Made by a program: the position numbers and the translations under genes. This document shows, one piece after another, positions 1 through 12,610 of a DNA stretch of 64,000 nucleotides (positions within the stretch are counted from its first letter, which is position 1; each line of letters begins with the position of its first letter). Below the pieces are notes generated by a model. That model was not told where the DNA came from. It ran no database searches and saw only the letters and a list, made by a program, of their open reading frames with translations. Source of the DNA: Octopus sinensis (Eukaryota); contig NC_043000.1 of assembly GCF_006345805.1 (NCBI RefSeq), positions 41,478,001 through 41,542,000 on the forward strand, read 5' to 3'.

Positions 1-836
1 AAAATACATGCCACACAGAATTTTATCAGAGGTTCTAATAATTCATTCTGACTTCGGATGAAATATTATTTTATCGACCCCGGAAGGATAAAAGTTATAT
101 TTGATTCTGGGGCAATATGAACTCATACATAGAAGTGGAAGAAATATGCCACAAAGAATTTTGTCAGATGTCCCAACAATTCAGTTCAACTTAGACTGGA
201 ATTTTGTCTATCAACTCCAGGAGGATGAAAGGTCTGAGTTCAAATCACATCGAACCGATTTGAATTTAGACCGTAAAGGGCTAGAACAAACATACAGTAA
301 AGCATTTTGTTCGATATTCTTGCGAATATATCTTGCCGATATATCGCCTTCACTAACACAAGGTGTTGATAAATATTGTATGAATTTTAATAGCAGCTGA
401 TATATATTCACTATTGAGCAAGAAGCTGGGTTGCTGTCTTAACCTCTCGTCGACCCTTGTGGCACCAATAATCTGACCTTGAATATTTTTAGAGAAATCC
501 GCTACGTTTGTAAGCATCTGGTTTGAGAATAATTTCTTCCTGTCTTCTCATCGCTACCAGAAGTTCTAAAATGGGTTATGGGCGTGCTACTTCAGCCACT
601 GATGAGTGAACTTCCGGTAAGCAGAACACTTTTGAATCAAGCAGTAACGCTCGAGTAAACAGGACATCCTCAGATGATATCCACTTCTCTTTGGCCCCCA
701 CTTATCCTTCGACACACATATATACAAAGATGCACACTCATACACACATACATACATACATACATACATACATACATGCATACCTACATACATACATACA
801 TACATACATACATACATACATACATACATACATACA

Positions 837-867
<31 letters not shown>

Positions 868-1077
868 CTGTATCCGTTGCAGCCATCATTATCGATAATA
901 AAAATCCCCATACCAGCCCCGCTATCACCACTACTGCTCCCACAGGCCTAACAAACAACAACAAGATTTTAACACCCCCGCTGCCCGCTTACCACTATTA
1001 TGACCGTCATTACCAGCACCACCGCTACCATCATCAACTTTCCACCACTAGCACCAAAACCAACAACAGCACCAAAA

Positions 1078-1270
1078 GTGGAGGCGCAATGGCCCAGTGG
1101 TTAGGGCAGCGGACTCGCGGACGTAATAGCGCGGAATCGATTCCCAGACCGGGCATTGTGAGAGTTTATTGAGCAAAAACACCTAAGCTCCACGACGCTC
1201 CGGCGGAGGGTGGTGGTGAACTCCGCTGTACTCTTTCCCCACAACCTTCTCTCACTCTTTCTTCCTACTT
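1078..1270 (+). mobile_element. tRNA-derived SINE, family C (3'-truncated)
   Basis: A box TGGCCCAGTGG and B-box-like ATCGATTCC. Same body on the - strand at 11410-11715 and 16770-17074. Confidence 0.8.
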
Positions 1271-1536
1271 CTGCCCCAAAGCAGAGGAACCATGGTATAA
1301 CCCACTATGGTGTGGTAAACTTTCAGAATCCTCTGTACCCCAGGATGGTTCAGCTCTCATCCCGTTAAAAGCCACAGTTTACGGAATAAGGATAACAACG
1401 TAGCTTTCGCGTCCGTGCAACCGCCAGTCTATCGCGTGTGGTGGGTGGATCTTCAAGTTGCCACACGCATTCTTAGTAACTTAGAGTAGGCTCGAATTTT
1501 AGATTATTCTTCGTGGCTAATGAGTGAGTCCTGATT

Positions 1537-1750
1537 GGAGAAGAAGAAGAAGAAGAAGAAGAAGAGAAGAGAAGAAGAAGGAGAAAAGAAACAGAGAAAA
1601 AGAGAAGAAGAAGAAGAAGAAGAGAAGAAGAAAGAAACAGAAGAAGAAGAAGAAGAAGAAGAAGAGAAGAAGAAGAAGAAGGAAGAAGAAAGAGACGAAG
1701 AAAGAAGAAGAAGAGAAGAAGGGAAGAAAGAAGAGAAGAAGGAAGAAGGC
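1537..1750. repeat. (GAA)n polypurine microsatellite
   Basis: Directly visible. It explains the overlapping poly-K/E/R/F ORFs. Confidence 0.95.
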
Positions 1751-2546
1751 AGCACCACCACCAATACCACCACCAAAACCACCAACGGTAACAGTAGCAT
1801 CAACCGTAACAGCACAAATCGGCTGTACCACTAACCATCATTACCACTAGCAACATGCTTATCATGAGTCAATGGGGAAGGCCTCAATGCAAGCGCTTGA
1901 CCTGCTAGAAAAAGCAGTTAAATATACCGCAAATCAAATCTTGCCGTTCTTATAGAGGAGGTACTCGTTGTAATATTAATGACTCGTAGGGACGCGGTAT
2001 TTCGTTATGGAACCATAATATACTATAAATTATATTAAATGTTTTTTTTCTTTTTATATGTCAATACCGTGTTCTACTGTGTTAGTAGTACGCGTTACAC
2101 CACCTGTTAAGGTTATGTCTACCGATATGCTATTGAAATTATAGTCAGCACTGATTTTTGCTTTGGCGTTTCGTATCCGAGAACGTCAGATGTAAACAAA
2201 CAAGGAGATCGAAGATGAAAAGACGGTAACGGGCGTAATTTGTCTCACATATATAGCTTACGTTGGCTACTATGCTTTTGATTAATTAGTCGGCTCTACC
2301 AAAGCAGAACTACGGCTAAGACACAAAACTCATCCTCACTTCTATGCACCATCACTACCTACATAAGAACATTGGTCCCAATGAGTGAACTCTGAAGCAG
2401 TAGCTTACCTGCTAGAATTTGTAAATACCGTGTATGTAATTCTATGAGTCTAGTTCAGTTGCTCTCATCCAATTTTTGTCTTTGGACCCCTTTGATTCCT
2501 ATTTAACCCCACTAGACCTTCATAGCCATTCGATATAATAATAATA

Positions 2547-2593
<47 letters not shown>

Positions 2594-2607
2594 TAATGAT
2601 GATGATG

Positions 2608-2644
<37 letters not shown>

Positions 2645-2686
2645 AATAATAATAATAATGATTATGATATGATAATGATAATGATA

Positions 2687-2721
<35 letters not shown>

Positions 2722-2749
2722 TAAAAAATATAATAATAATAAATGATAA

Positions 2750-3630
2750 ACAAAACTGTACTTAGAGACTGCAAGAGGAGGAAAAGTACACTCAGTCATT
2801 TCATGGATCGACTATCGTAAGGCGTACGATATGATCCCACATTCTGGGATTATGGAGTGTATGAACCTATTTGGTATTGCATCGAATGTTGAGCGATTGC
2901 TTGGAAAAAGTGTGGTGAATTGGAGGACAGACCTGACAGCATACGGAAGAAGCTTAGGGACAGTAGAAATTAGGAGGGGCATCTTCCAAGGGGATATCCT
3001 GTCCCCACTGATCTTTGTACTGTGCTTGATACCACTAACACTGATTCTGAGGAAAGCAAAAGCTGGGTATGTATTCAGAAGCCGCCTACAAAAAGCCAAC
3101 CATTTGTTATTCATGGATGACCTCAAACGTTAAAGTAAAGATGAAGCCAAAGTCAGTTCCCTCGTTGATACGGTGTATACCTTCAGTGCTGATTTCGGAA
3201 TGGAGTTCGGACTGAGAAAGTGTGGTGTGTTAGTCTTGAATAGAGGCAAAATTAAATGTATGGACGGGCTAACGATACCGTCAGGGGAGGTTATGAAGCA
3301 GATAGAATAGACGGGCTATAATTACTTGGGGATTTTGGAAATGGATAAATTGGAGAAACAAATGCCAGAATAATTTAAGGTGGAGTACTTGCGCAGACTG
3401 TGAATGATCCTAAAGTCGAAATTAAATGGACAGAATAAGATCGAAGCTATCAACACCTGGGCGGTTTCATTCCTTAGATATGGAGCATGGAAGTAGACGA
3501 ACTAAACAGCTTAGACAGAAAGACAATGAAGTTGCTTACTAGATATGCGTGACTCCACCCAAAGAGTGACACAGACAGACTACAGTGGGGGAAGAGGACT
3601 TATTCGATGCAAACACAGCTATAGAGCAGT
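2750..3630 (+). mobile_element. R4/Dong-like non-LTR retrotransposon RT fragment (pseudogenised)
   Basis: Translated motifs WIDYRKAYDMIPH, RGIFQGDILSPLIF, NHLLFMDDLK, GMEFGLRKC, YNYLGILE, AINTWAV and GGRGL, with stops. Preceded by (TAA)n, the known Dong-type target. Confidence 0.9.
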
Positions 3631-3869
3631 TTTATTTCAAGATTTCTTGCCAATAGAGAAAGAGCCGCTTTCTAACCTAGATCCAAGGCTCTTTCACTGG
3701 AATTTCAACATCAACAGGGTATTTTTGTATGCATGTATATGTGCAGATTTTTTGCTTTGTTTTATGTATGTATTTTCATGCATATAGTTTCATAGATAGA
3801 CATACTCATATACATATTATTTACATTATTTACATTCGACGGATATTTGTCCTCATCTTGTTTGTTGTT

Positions 3870-3915
3870 AACACAACGTTTTAGCTGATATACACTCCAG
3901 CCTTCATCAGGTGTC
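3870..3915 (-). ncRNA. Minimal type I hammerhead ribozyme motif (G12A, degenerate)
   Basis: Minus strand reads GACAC CTGATGA A GGCTG..CAGCT AAAAC GTT GTGTT. Stem I GACAC/GTGTT. Confidence 0.7.
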
Positions 3916-3962
3916 TTGAGGAAATTTCGAACCTGGGTTCTAATTCCTTAGGTATTTTTCGA

Positions 3963-4023
<61 letters not shown>

Positions 4024-4165
4024 TAGATTACTGCCAGGAATCGAGCTCGGAATCTTGGGATTAAGAGCGCCATATGCCCACATGCATATTGCGTAGTGGT
4101 TAAGAGCACGAGCTACTAACCCCAAGATTCCGAGCTCGATTCTAGGCAGTGGCCTGAATAATAAC

Positions 4166-4227
<62 letters not shown>

Positions 4228-4270
4228 TAATAATAATAATAACAACATCGAAAAATACCTTAGGAAAAAG

Positions 4271-4316
4271 AACACCTGATGAAGGCTGGAGGGTATATCA
4301 GCCGAAACATTGAGTT
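4271..4316 (+). ncRNA. Minimal type I hammerhead ribozyme motif
   Basis: AACAC CTGATGA A GGCTG-GAGGGTATAT-CAGCC GAAAC ATT GAGTT. Core intact, with substitutions in stems I and III relative to the mirror copy. Confidence 0.75.
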
Positions 4317-4399
4317 AACAACAATGATGAGGACAAATATCCATCAAATGTAAATAATGTAAATAATGTATATAATTCCTCATCTCTTAAATATAGATA

Positions 4400-4745
4400 C
4401 TCATATATATTTTAATGACAAATTCCAGGAAAGTTTTACAGATTCTTACAGTTCCAGCGATGGCTTGGATCTGCAGTCTTCGAATTAGCTTTCTCCCTTC
4501 TAAAGATTGGTATTTAGGTAGCATGTTATATATCCCAATAATTACAATAATTACCAGTATAAACCTGAATTTGTAATCTGGATAAAGTAACTGCAAATTT
4601 CTCAATAGTTCAGCGTAGGTATTTTCATTTTCACTGCACTTTAACTTTATGTTAACACACGGCTGGGCAGTTGATTTCCACAACTGTACACAATTTCTCT
4701 TCTCTACCGCAAATCAATATTTTAGGTCTATTGTTTACATTTTCC
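4400..4745 (-). mobile_element. R4/Dong-like LINE C-terminal (RLE endonuclease) fragment
   Basis: Minus-strand translation NNRPKILI..TVVEINCPA..NTYAELLRNLQLLYPDYKF..IQAIAGTVRICKTFL, with frameshifts. Confidence 0.75.
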
Positions 4746-4768
4746 CTGAGACATCTACCAGTACTCCC

Positions 4769-5320
4769 TATTTTTTTTTTTTTAGCAAATAAAATAATTT
4801 GCTAGGCGAAGTCTTCTTCAGCAGGTACACCTTAGATTAAATATATATTTACGTGGTAATCCAGTATATGTCCCGTGCTTATACATTCTAATTTTTCAAA
4901 TCTACCGCGCAAGCGAAGCTCCTTGACGGCAGTAAATAAAATTTTATTTACTGCCGACAAGGAGCGGTAGATTTTCGGTTCAATGCATATTTAACTTCGA
5001 AAATAAACATTTTTCTTTACTGCCGACAAGGATGTAGTTTTGAAAAATTAGAATGTATAAGCACGGGACATATACTGGATTACCTTGTGAATATATATTT
5101 AATCTAAGGTGTACCTTCTGAAGAAGACTTCGCCTAGCAAATTATTTATTTGCTAAAAAAATAGTCCGAAACCATTGGTCCAGGAGTTAGATGGTAAATG
5201 TTTTTATTTTTCATTCCCTTCGAAATTTTTATCCCTAATAGTGGTTTGGAATTTACTGTCCTCTCTAGTGTGCAGGAATCCTATGATGGATACCTCTTAT
5301 GTGTTTAAATGTACACTATG
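4769..5320. mobile_element. Inverted-repeat PLE-like pLTR fragment
   Basis: 4769-4905 mirrors 5033-5163, with a central hairpin at 4918-4966. The right arm runs on to (TA)n. Confidence 0.7.
5113..5184 (+). ncRNA. Type I hammerhead ribozyme motif with extended stem II
   Basis: CTGAAGA A GACT..[TAGCAAAT/ATTTGCTA]..AGTC C GAAAC CATTG GTC CAGG. GUC triplet ends at 5180. The mirror arm keeps CCTG, which pairs with CAGG. Confidence 0.7.
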
Positions 5321-5332
5321 TATATATATATA

Positions 5333-5371
<39 letters not shown>

Positions 5372-5445
5372 ATATATATACACACCACATACATACACCA
5401 CACACATATATATATATATACACACACACATATATATATATACAT

Positions 5446-5492
<47 letters not shown>

Positions 5493-6150
5493 AATATACG
5501 CACGCGCACACATATGTACAGCATCTTGAAACACAAGGGTCATAAACAAGACTTCCTCTAGACTCTAGAAGGAGTATTGGCCACTTAATCGACCGCAACT
5601 TGTTAATGAATATGTATATATATCATAGATACTCTTTTATTAGTTTCATTAATTAGACACCGATCATGCTTGAGCACGGTGTTGAAATATTTTCATTCGA
5701 CAATGTCGACTCTATTATAGGTCCAGTATTGATTTTCCGGTAACGAATGAGCTGAACCTTTTATAGTCTATGCAAAAGTATGTGCGGGCACTTACAGTTT
5801 TTGTGAAGGCAATTAATAACTATTTTTGTTGTAGTTGTTGTTGTTGCTACTAAGCTAACGACACATATTTGTTTTTTCATGTTAAGGCAGATACATTCCT
5901 CTTACAATTGACTCCCATATTACAAATATGCTATCATTTAGAAGTAAATTTGATACCACATGCTAACAGATTACAAAGGCACACACATATTATATATGGG
6001 TGTATCCGTATTTTTAAATTGAAGAAATTCATTTTAGCTTGCGCCTACGTCCTTTTTTAATAAATGATACCTCTTGTTGCTAACTGAAACATAACTAATA
6101 TATAAATAAGCTCATGCGCAGATACGGATATATATATATATATATATATA

Positions 6151-6207
<57 letters not shown>

Positions 6208-6209
6208 TA

Positions 6210-6515
6210 TATATAGAAAATAGTTTAAAGTGAAAAAACTACAGAAGGCTTGTTTTAAAAGGTTGAATAATATATATTTAAGTCCATATGTCTGAAGAAT
6301 ATTATAAATTTTTTTCTTACAATGACATACATACATACATACACACACATACATACTATGTCATTGTAAGAAAAAAAATTATAATATTCTTCAGACATAT
6401 TGACTTAAATATATATTCTTTAACCTTTTAAAACAAGCCTTCTGTAGTTTTTTCACTTTTTACTATTTTCTATATATTCAACCACGTGTTTTCACAAACC
6501 AACTTTCTTATCTAT
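6210..6515. repeat. Inverted repeat with ~120-bp arms inside (TA)n
   Basis: 6210-6330 mirrors 6358-6477 around a (CATA)n spacer, and the right arm extends further. No complete HHR seen. Confidence 0.85.
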
Positions 6516-6540
6516 GTATATATATATATATATATATATT

Positions 6541-6843
6541 CTTTTACTTGTTTCAGTCATTTGACTGCAGCCATGCTGGAGCACCGCCTTTAGTCGAGCA
6601 AATCGACCACATGACTTATTCTTTGGAAGCCTAGTACTTATTCTATCGGGCTCTTTTACCGAACCGCTAAATTACGGGGACGTAAACACACCACCATCAG
6701 TTGTCAAGCGATGCTATGGGGACAAACACAGACACAAACATATGCACATGCATACATACATACATACATACATACACACCATACATACACACACATACAT
6801 ATATTATATATATATAATATATATATATGTATATATATATATC

Positions 6844-6937
<94 letters not shown>

Positions 6938-7225
6938 ATATATCTATATATGTAGTAAAATACAAACTGGGACAAGAACGTAAAACATTTAGAAGACGAT
7001 ACAAAAACACGGACGGGACATTCGAAGCCTTCAATCTTCAGTCAAGAACCGGATCATCCTCGCAATTTCGGCTGATACGACGGGCGTCTTTCAGTTTCCG
7101 TCTATCAAATCCACTCACAAGGTTTTGGTCGACCCGAGGCTATAGTGGAAGACACTTGCCCAAGTTGCCACGCAGTGGTAATGAACCCGGAACCATGTGG
7201 TTGGTAAACAAGCTACTTAACACAA
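6541..7225 (-). mobile_element. tRNA-derived SINE, family B, interrupted by microsatellite and a repeat fragment (6950-7077)
   Basis: 3' half 6541-6740 and 5' half 7077-7225 match the copies at 15015-15470 and 16305-16710. Confidence 0.85.
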
Positions 7226-7257
7226 CACTTTAAGAATAAAGCTGCAAAGACAGCACA

Positions 7258-7303
7258 AAAACTGTTACTCAGACTTTCACGTTCCTGTTCTTCGGACAGT
7301 TTT
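7258..7303 (-). ncRNA. Hammerhead motif, CCGANGA core family
   Basis: AAAACTGT CCGAAGA ACA-GGAA-CGT GAAA GTCTGAG TA ACAGTTTT. 8-bp stem I. Same family as 42400-42519. Confidence 0.7.
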
Positions 7304-7774
7304 GGTTGAGAATGGAACAAAATATGGTTATATGCATAAATATACAATTACGTTGATAGATACACATTTGAAAATAGTTTTCTTTCATTGGTTCTTCCAA
7401 CTAACGGTCTTTTCAATGACCGGTTATATGAAACGACAATTACGATTTAAAATCATATTATTATAAAAATCGAAGAAAACCTTAAATCAAATATTATCTC
7501 TAGTATAAGGGGGAAAACCTGTGTACTCCGGGTAAATTTATTAATGGTAAAAAATACATTTTAATAAAAAAACATATGTCGGTGTAAATTATACATATAT
7601 ACAAAGAACTAACATGATAAAAATACATATACATTTCGTAATACATACACACAGCAAAAAAAAACTACATAGACATGCACTAAACGTACAAACGTTGGTA
7701 CATGCCTACATACATTACATATACAAGCAACTACAAGTAAAAAAATATATACAAATGCATATATAGACATCCAC

Positions 7775-7823
<49 letters not shown>

Positions 7824-7829
7824 CTTCTC

Positions 7830-8356
7830 GGCATGTATTTCATACACGGACAATGTTACACAAATATAAATACAATAAAATAATACAATAAAAATAATAA
7901 CAGGACATAACAACGGGTGTCTTTCGACTAGAGACGAATTGAATTAAGCTAGCGCGTGTGGAAATGACGACTTACAGCAAAGATACTAAGATTTCACAAA
8001 CACACGGAACCGATCGGCCAAGCCTGTTCTTTTTTTTTTTGGTCTGACCGTTGTCCGTGCAACATCGATATGTGTAACATTGTCCTTTTTTTCCGTCCTT
8101 GTTTTTGTATACATTCGCTGCTTTCTTCCAAGGAATCTAATGCTCTTAGCTTAATGTCTCCTTGGGGCTGGCCAGATTGGAGCAATCTCAAGAATAATCA
8201 GCCGAAATTGCGAGGATAATCTGGTGCTTGACTGAAGAAAGAAAACTTCGAATGTCCTGATCTTGTTTTGTTTGTATCTTCTATCTGGATGTTTTGTTGT
8301 CCCATTTTGTATCACCTAACTGTCCCGATGCTTTGCGTTCTTGTCCCATTTTGTAT

Positions 8357-8360
<4 letters not shown>
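7830..8360. mobile_element. Unclassified (TA)n-associated repeat family P1 with internal inversion
   Basis: 8040-8360 (+) and 7860-7990 (-) both match parts of 45360-45700 (-) and 21472-22640 (+). Confidence 0.65.
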
Positions 8361-8399
<39 letters not shown>

Positions 8400-8400
<1 letters not shown>

Positions 8401-8703
8401 GACACCCTTCTGTCATGAATGACCATGGGATTGCACCTAGAAAGTTACCCTCCCAGGCACAAGTCCGGGCAAGGTTGTTTTATGGAAGACCAGCAGTCGT
8501 CCATGCATACCGGCCTCCCCTCTCCACGCCACCAGTCTTATCTTGGTGCCTGTGACGTCGCAACTCATTTCTACAGCTGAGTGAACTGGAGAAACGTGAA
8601 ATAAAGTGTCTTGCTCAAGAACACAACACGCAGCCCGGTCCGGGATTCGATCTCACAACCTCACGATCGTAAGCTCGACGCTCTAACCACTGAGCCATGC
8701 GCC

Positions 8704-8706
<3 letters not shown>
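8400..8706 (-). mobile_element. tRNA(Arg-like)-derived SINE, family D
   Basis: Head GGCGCATGGCTCAGTGGTTAGAGCG..TCGAATCCCGG. Closely similar to 57854-58185. Confidence 0.85.
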
Positions 8707-8766
<60 letters not shown>

Positions 8767-8768
<2 letters not shown>

Positions 8769-9311
8769 TGGCTGACCCTCGTTATCGAGTATGGCCATTG
8801 CACGAAGCTTAATGTTGTTGTCGTGCAATGCGTGTGCAAAAAGATTTTTTTTTCTAAGTGAGGAAAGGCTGTGCACTGAGTCAATCCCACTCACTAAGCA
8901 ACAGTAGCCATAATCCGAAAAGAAGAACAAGTCAACATCATCGGTAACCATTGAGCCGCAGGTTTTATCTCTGAGTTATCCCAGTTACTTGAATTACCTT
9001 CTCCTAGAAGGATGCCGTAACAAAGACTAGGAGTCCTTCACTTCCAATGGTTTAACCGCTCGATCGGGCATTCAGTCCGATTATTTCTATGTCCTCGCGC
9101 ATGATACAGCCTTAAGACATTTATTGGATGGCCGTTGACTCTCAAGAGTTCCTCCGCCCTTTGACGGGTTTTGTTTTTCATCCTGCAGGATGTCCGATAA
9201 ACACCCTCCTCACCAAGCAAGCTTGGTGGGGTTGCCGGTTTAGTCGCCGACGACCCGACCATGCAACATGTTGTACTGGGTTACATGATACCAGTAGCAC
9301 TCGAAAGTAAC

Positions 9312-9316
<5 letters not shown>
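8767..9316 (-). mobile_element. Non-autonomous RTE derivative (5'UTR joined to 3' tail)
   Basis: 5' end matches the RTE start at 28207-28315. 3' end AAGCTTCGTGCAATGGCCATACTCGATAACGAGGG matches the RTE tail at 62605-62650. Confidence 0.8.
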
Positions 9317-9355
<39 letters not shown>

Positions 9356-9403
9356 ATATATATATTTATAGAAAGCTAAGTATATAAGTATATGTCTGGT
9401 CAT

Positions 9404-9461
9404 AGTGACCAATTGTCTCACATCCTTAAAACGCTTAGCTTTATAGACGACTCGTCAGACT
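9404..9461 (-). ncRNA. Degenerate hammerhead motif
   Basis: AGT CTGACGA ..imperfect stem II.. GAGAC AATTG GTC ACT, located between (TA)n tracts. Confidence 0.5.
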
Positions 9462-9774
9462 CAAAATGGCCGCGAGCATATGTATATATATATATATTTA
9501 TTTAAAAAAGGAGATGTGGAACACGAGTTGTGATATATAAAAAAAGGAAATGAAGAAAATGCTGACAAAATAATTTAAGTAAGGGAGAGCATATTTAATT
9601 AGGTGAAAGTTCTTTTTTTAAACAAAAAAAAAGAGAAAAATTGGGTTAGAATACAATGTTCATTTTTTGTGAATGATTTCAGTGTATAAGAAAAAAAGTA
9701 AGAGTATTTTACAGTGTTCTGTTTCAGAATAAGATATTTAGTAAAAGCGTGTAATATACAGTTTTTTGTGGAAA

Positions 9775-10024
9775 AGTTCAATGTCAGATTTCAGTGTAGA
9801 ATAAAAAAAGTAAGAGTTTACCGGTTGCGCATTTGTTATGCTTATCAAAAGATATTTTGAGTGAGATAGAGTTCCTTTCTGATTGATTTTTTTCTCTTAT
9901 CTGGAGAAAAAAATCAATCAGAAAGGAACTCTATCTCACTCAAAATATCTTTTGATAAGCATAACAAATGCGCAACCAGTAAACTCTTACTTTTTTTATT
10001 CTACACTGAAATCTGACATTGAAC
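9775..10024. repeat. Near-perfect palindrome carrying two degenerate U3-A8 hammerheads (9818-9850 -, 9950-9983 +)
   Basis: Arms 9775-9897 and 9903-10024. Each reads TTGATAA GCAT-AACAA-ATGC GCAAC C(G/A) GTA. Confidence 0.75.
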
Positions 10025-10845
10025 AGAGTTGAAACGCTGTTTGAGTTTTCTTTTCAGCGTTGAATGTTCACCATCCCACTTCCATTGCACACACTCACAC
10101 ACGCACACATACACACACACACATACACATACACACACACACAAACACGCACACAAATATTCACATACCTCTCTTTTATATACACACATAAACTCACACA
10201 GCGTTGAAACGCTGTTGGATTTATCTTTTTCATCGTACAGTTTCCAACATCCCACTACGAAGTTTGCCATCACTCCTTCCTTCTTTATTCATCTACCACT
10301 TCTTCTTTTCTCATTCATATGTCGTGACAGAGAAAAACTTAAGAGTATTAATAGAGTAGATAAGGTACGAAGTTTTTAGTTTAATAATTATTTTATTACC
10401 AAAATTGTGAAAAATCTATCCGCACTAACATCCTTTGAATGCTTGCTTCCTTCAAAACAATTTTAAAGTTTTCCTTCCTTCTTGTCCGACTTTAAGCCAC
10501 ATAAAGCTGGCCGTGACTAAATACAAGAGCCGGTAAGTAAATACCAAATACACAGAGTTGAAACGCTGTTTGATTTTTCTTTTCAGCGTTGAATGTTAAC
10601 CATTCGACTTCCATTGCGCGCGTACCCGCACACACGCACAAACACATATACACACACTCACACACGCACACACACATTCACATACCACCCCTTTTACATA
10701 CACACACACATATTAACACAGAGTTGAAACGCTGTTTGATTTATTTTTTCAGCGTACAATTTTCATCATCCCACTACCAAGTATGACATCACCCCCTTCC
10801 TTTCTCATTCATAAACACCAGAGTATTATTATAGTAGATAAGCAT
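10023..10845 (+). repeat. Local imperfect duplication
   Basis: GTTGAAACGCTGTT motif recurs at ~10028, 10203, 10557 and 10723. Two larger units at 10023-10370 and 10552-10845. Confidence 0.75.
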
Positions 10846-11409
10846 GGTATATATAACATATTCTTTTATTCATTTAGTATTTTACTGGGTACTGGATCAC
10901 GGTCATAGTGAGGCAATGGTTTAATGAAGTATATCGACCCAAGTGCTCATATATACACACGCGTGTGTGTCCGTGTGCGTCTTTGTGTTCATGTTTGTCC
11001 ACTACTGCTTGAAAACTGGTGTTGGTTTGTTTACGTCCTCGTAACATAACAATTTGGCAAACGTGACCAATAGGATATATACCAAGCTTTAAGAAATTAA
11101 ATCCTGCCGTCGATTTGTTGGACCAAAGCCTTTAAGGAGGCGCCCTAGCATGGCCACAGTCTAATAAGTGAAACATGTAAGAAAAATACTGATTTGTTAA
11201 GGTACATTAACGACATCCGTGATTTTAACGACATGAACATAAACACAGTCTCTCCTACACACACATATAGATATAGGGCAGGCTTTCTTAGCTTCTGTCC
11301 AATAATTTTCATTCAAGTCATTGTAAATCTCGAGGTTATGTTAGAAGATAAGAGCTCATGGAGATGATACGTAGTGGAGCCGAAATTGGAACCACATATT
11401 TCACAAGGA

Positions 11410-11715
11410 CAATTTTTAAACATATTGTTACGTTGTTGTTTGTTCCTTCTCGAGGCATGCCTGGCTCATAAGGGCCGGTTTCCCGGTTTCATTGGCGTCC
11501 CGTCCGTTGCAGGTGAGCTGCTAGATGCAGGAGGAAAGAGTGAGAGAAAGTTGTGGCGTAAGAGTCAGCAGAATTTCGCCATTACCTTCTGTCGGAGCTG
11601 CGTGGAGCTTAGGTGTTTCGCTCATAAACACACACACTGCCCAGTCCGAGATTCGAACTCACGAACCCTCGACCGCGAGTCCGCTGCTCTAATCACAAGG
11701 CCATGTGTCCCCACA
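11410..11715 (-). mobile_element. tRNA-derived SINE, family C
   Basis: Reverse complement of the 1078 head and body. Confidence 0.75.
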
Positions 11716-12309
11716 ACCATACAGTTATGCCTGCGCCTAAAATCCTGGCTGTGCTATAGGAATTTAAAAAAATGTTTTCGCTGAGTGAGAAAACAATAGT
11801 TCGTTCACTTACTACGCATAGCAATGTCAACTGTTCCCCGATATGAGGATCAGGATGTAATACAGCATATCATTATTTGAAAGCTTTACCGGGGCAATCA
11901 TACTGCCGCAGGATATGACTATACATAGATTGTCTTTCAGTTTGCTCCATAGTTAAGATTGTTTACTGTTTGATGTAAAGTTAAAACTAATAATACGTAA
12001 CAATTCTCAAGCTAGAAGTGGTAAATGTATAACAAAGAATATAATTTTCACAGATGTTCTATCCTAAGACTGCACCTTCAATTGAACTTATGTGAATTTT
12101 TACACTGTCTTTTCATTCATTAGTTTCAGAAAACATACAATTTCAAAAGAAATTATGTATTGCGGTGGCTCTTTCTAAACATTCAGTTACTTTCTAGATT
12201 TCAAAATAACCGTGGAATTTCAACGAGTATTACAAGTACATACATACATACATACATACATACATACATACATACCTACATACATACATACATACATATA
12301 TACATATTC

Positions 12310-12535
12310 TTTTATTCTTTTACTCGCTTCAGTCATGCTGGAGCACCGCATTTAGTCGAGCAAATCGACACAGGACTTATTCATTGTAAGCTTAGTACTT
12401 TTTCTAACGGACTCGCGAGTTTACGGAGACGTAAACACACCAGCATCGGTTGTCAAGCGATGTTGGGGTTACAAACACAGACACAAAATATATATATACA
12501 CACATATATAACTGAAAGAAGCCCGTCGTATATAT

Positions 12536-12610
<75 letters not shown>

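Larger units (their letters stand above)
3811..4400. mobile_element. Head-to-head inverted pair of a tRNA-head/(AAT)n/hammerhead element
   Basis: 3811-~4068 is the approximate reverse complement of ~4095-4372. The right copy has A/B-box-like motifs at 4089-4143. Confidence 0.8.

Noticed and set aside
8630-8706. tRNA gene (also the heads at 1078, 4089 and 58110)
   Set aside because: No closed acceptor stem, and each continues into a multi-copy SINE body.
9150-9316. HDV-like ribozyme in the RTE 5'UTR
   Set aside because: I could not assemble the nested double pseudoknot by eye; it needs a descriptor search.
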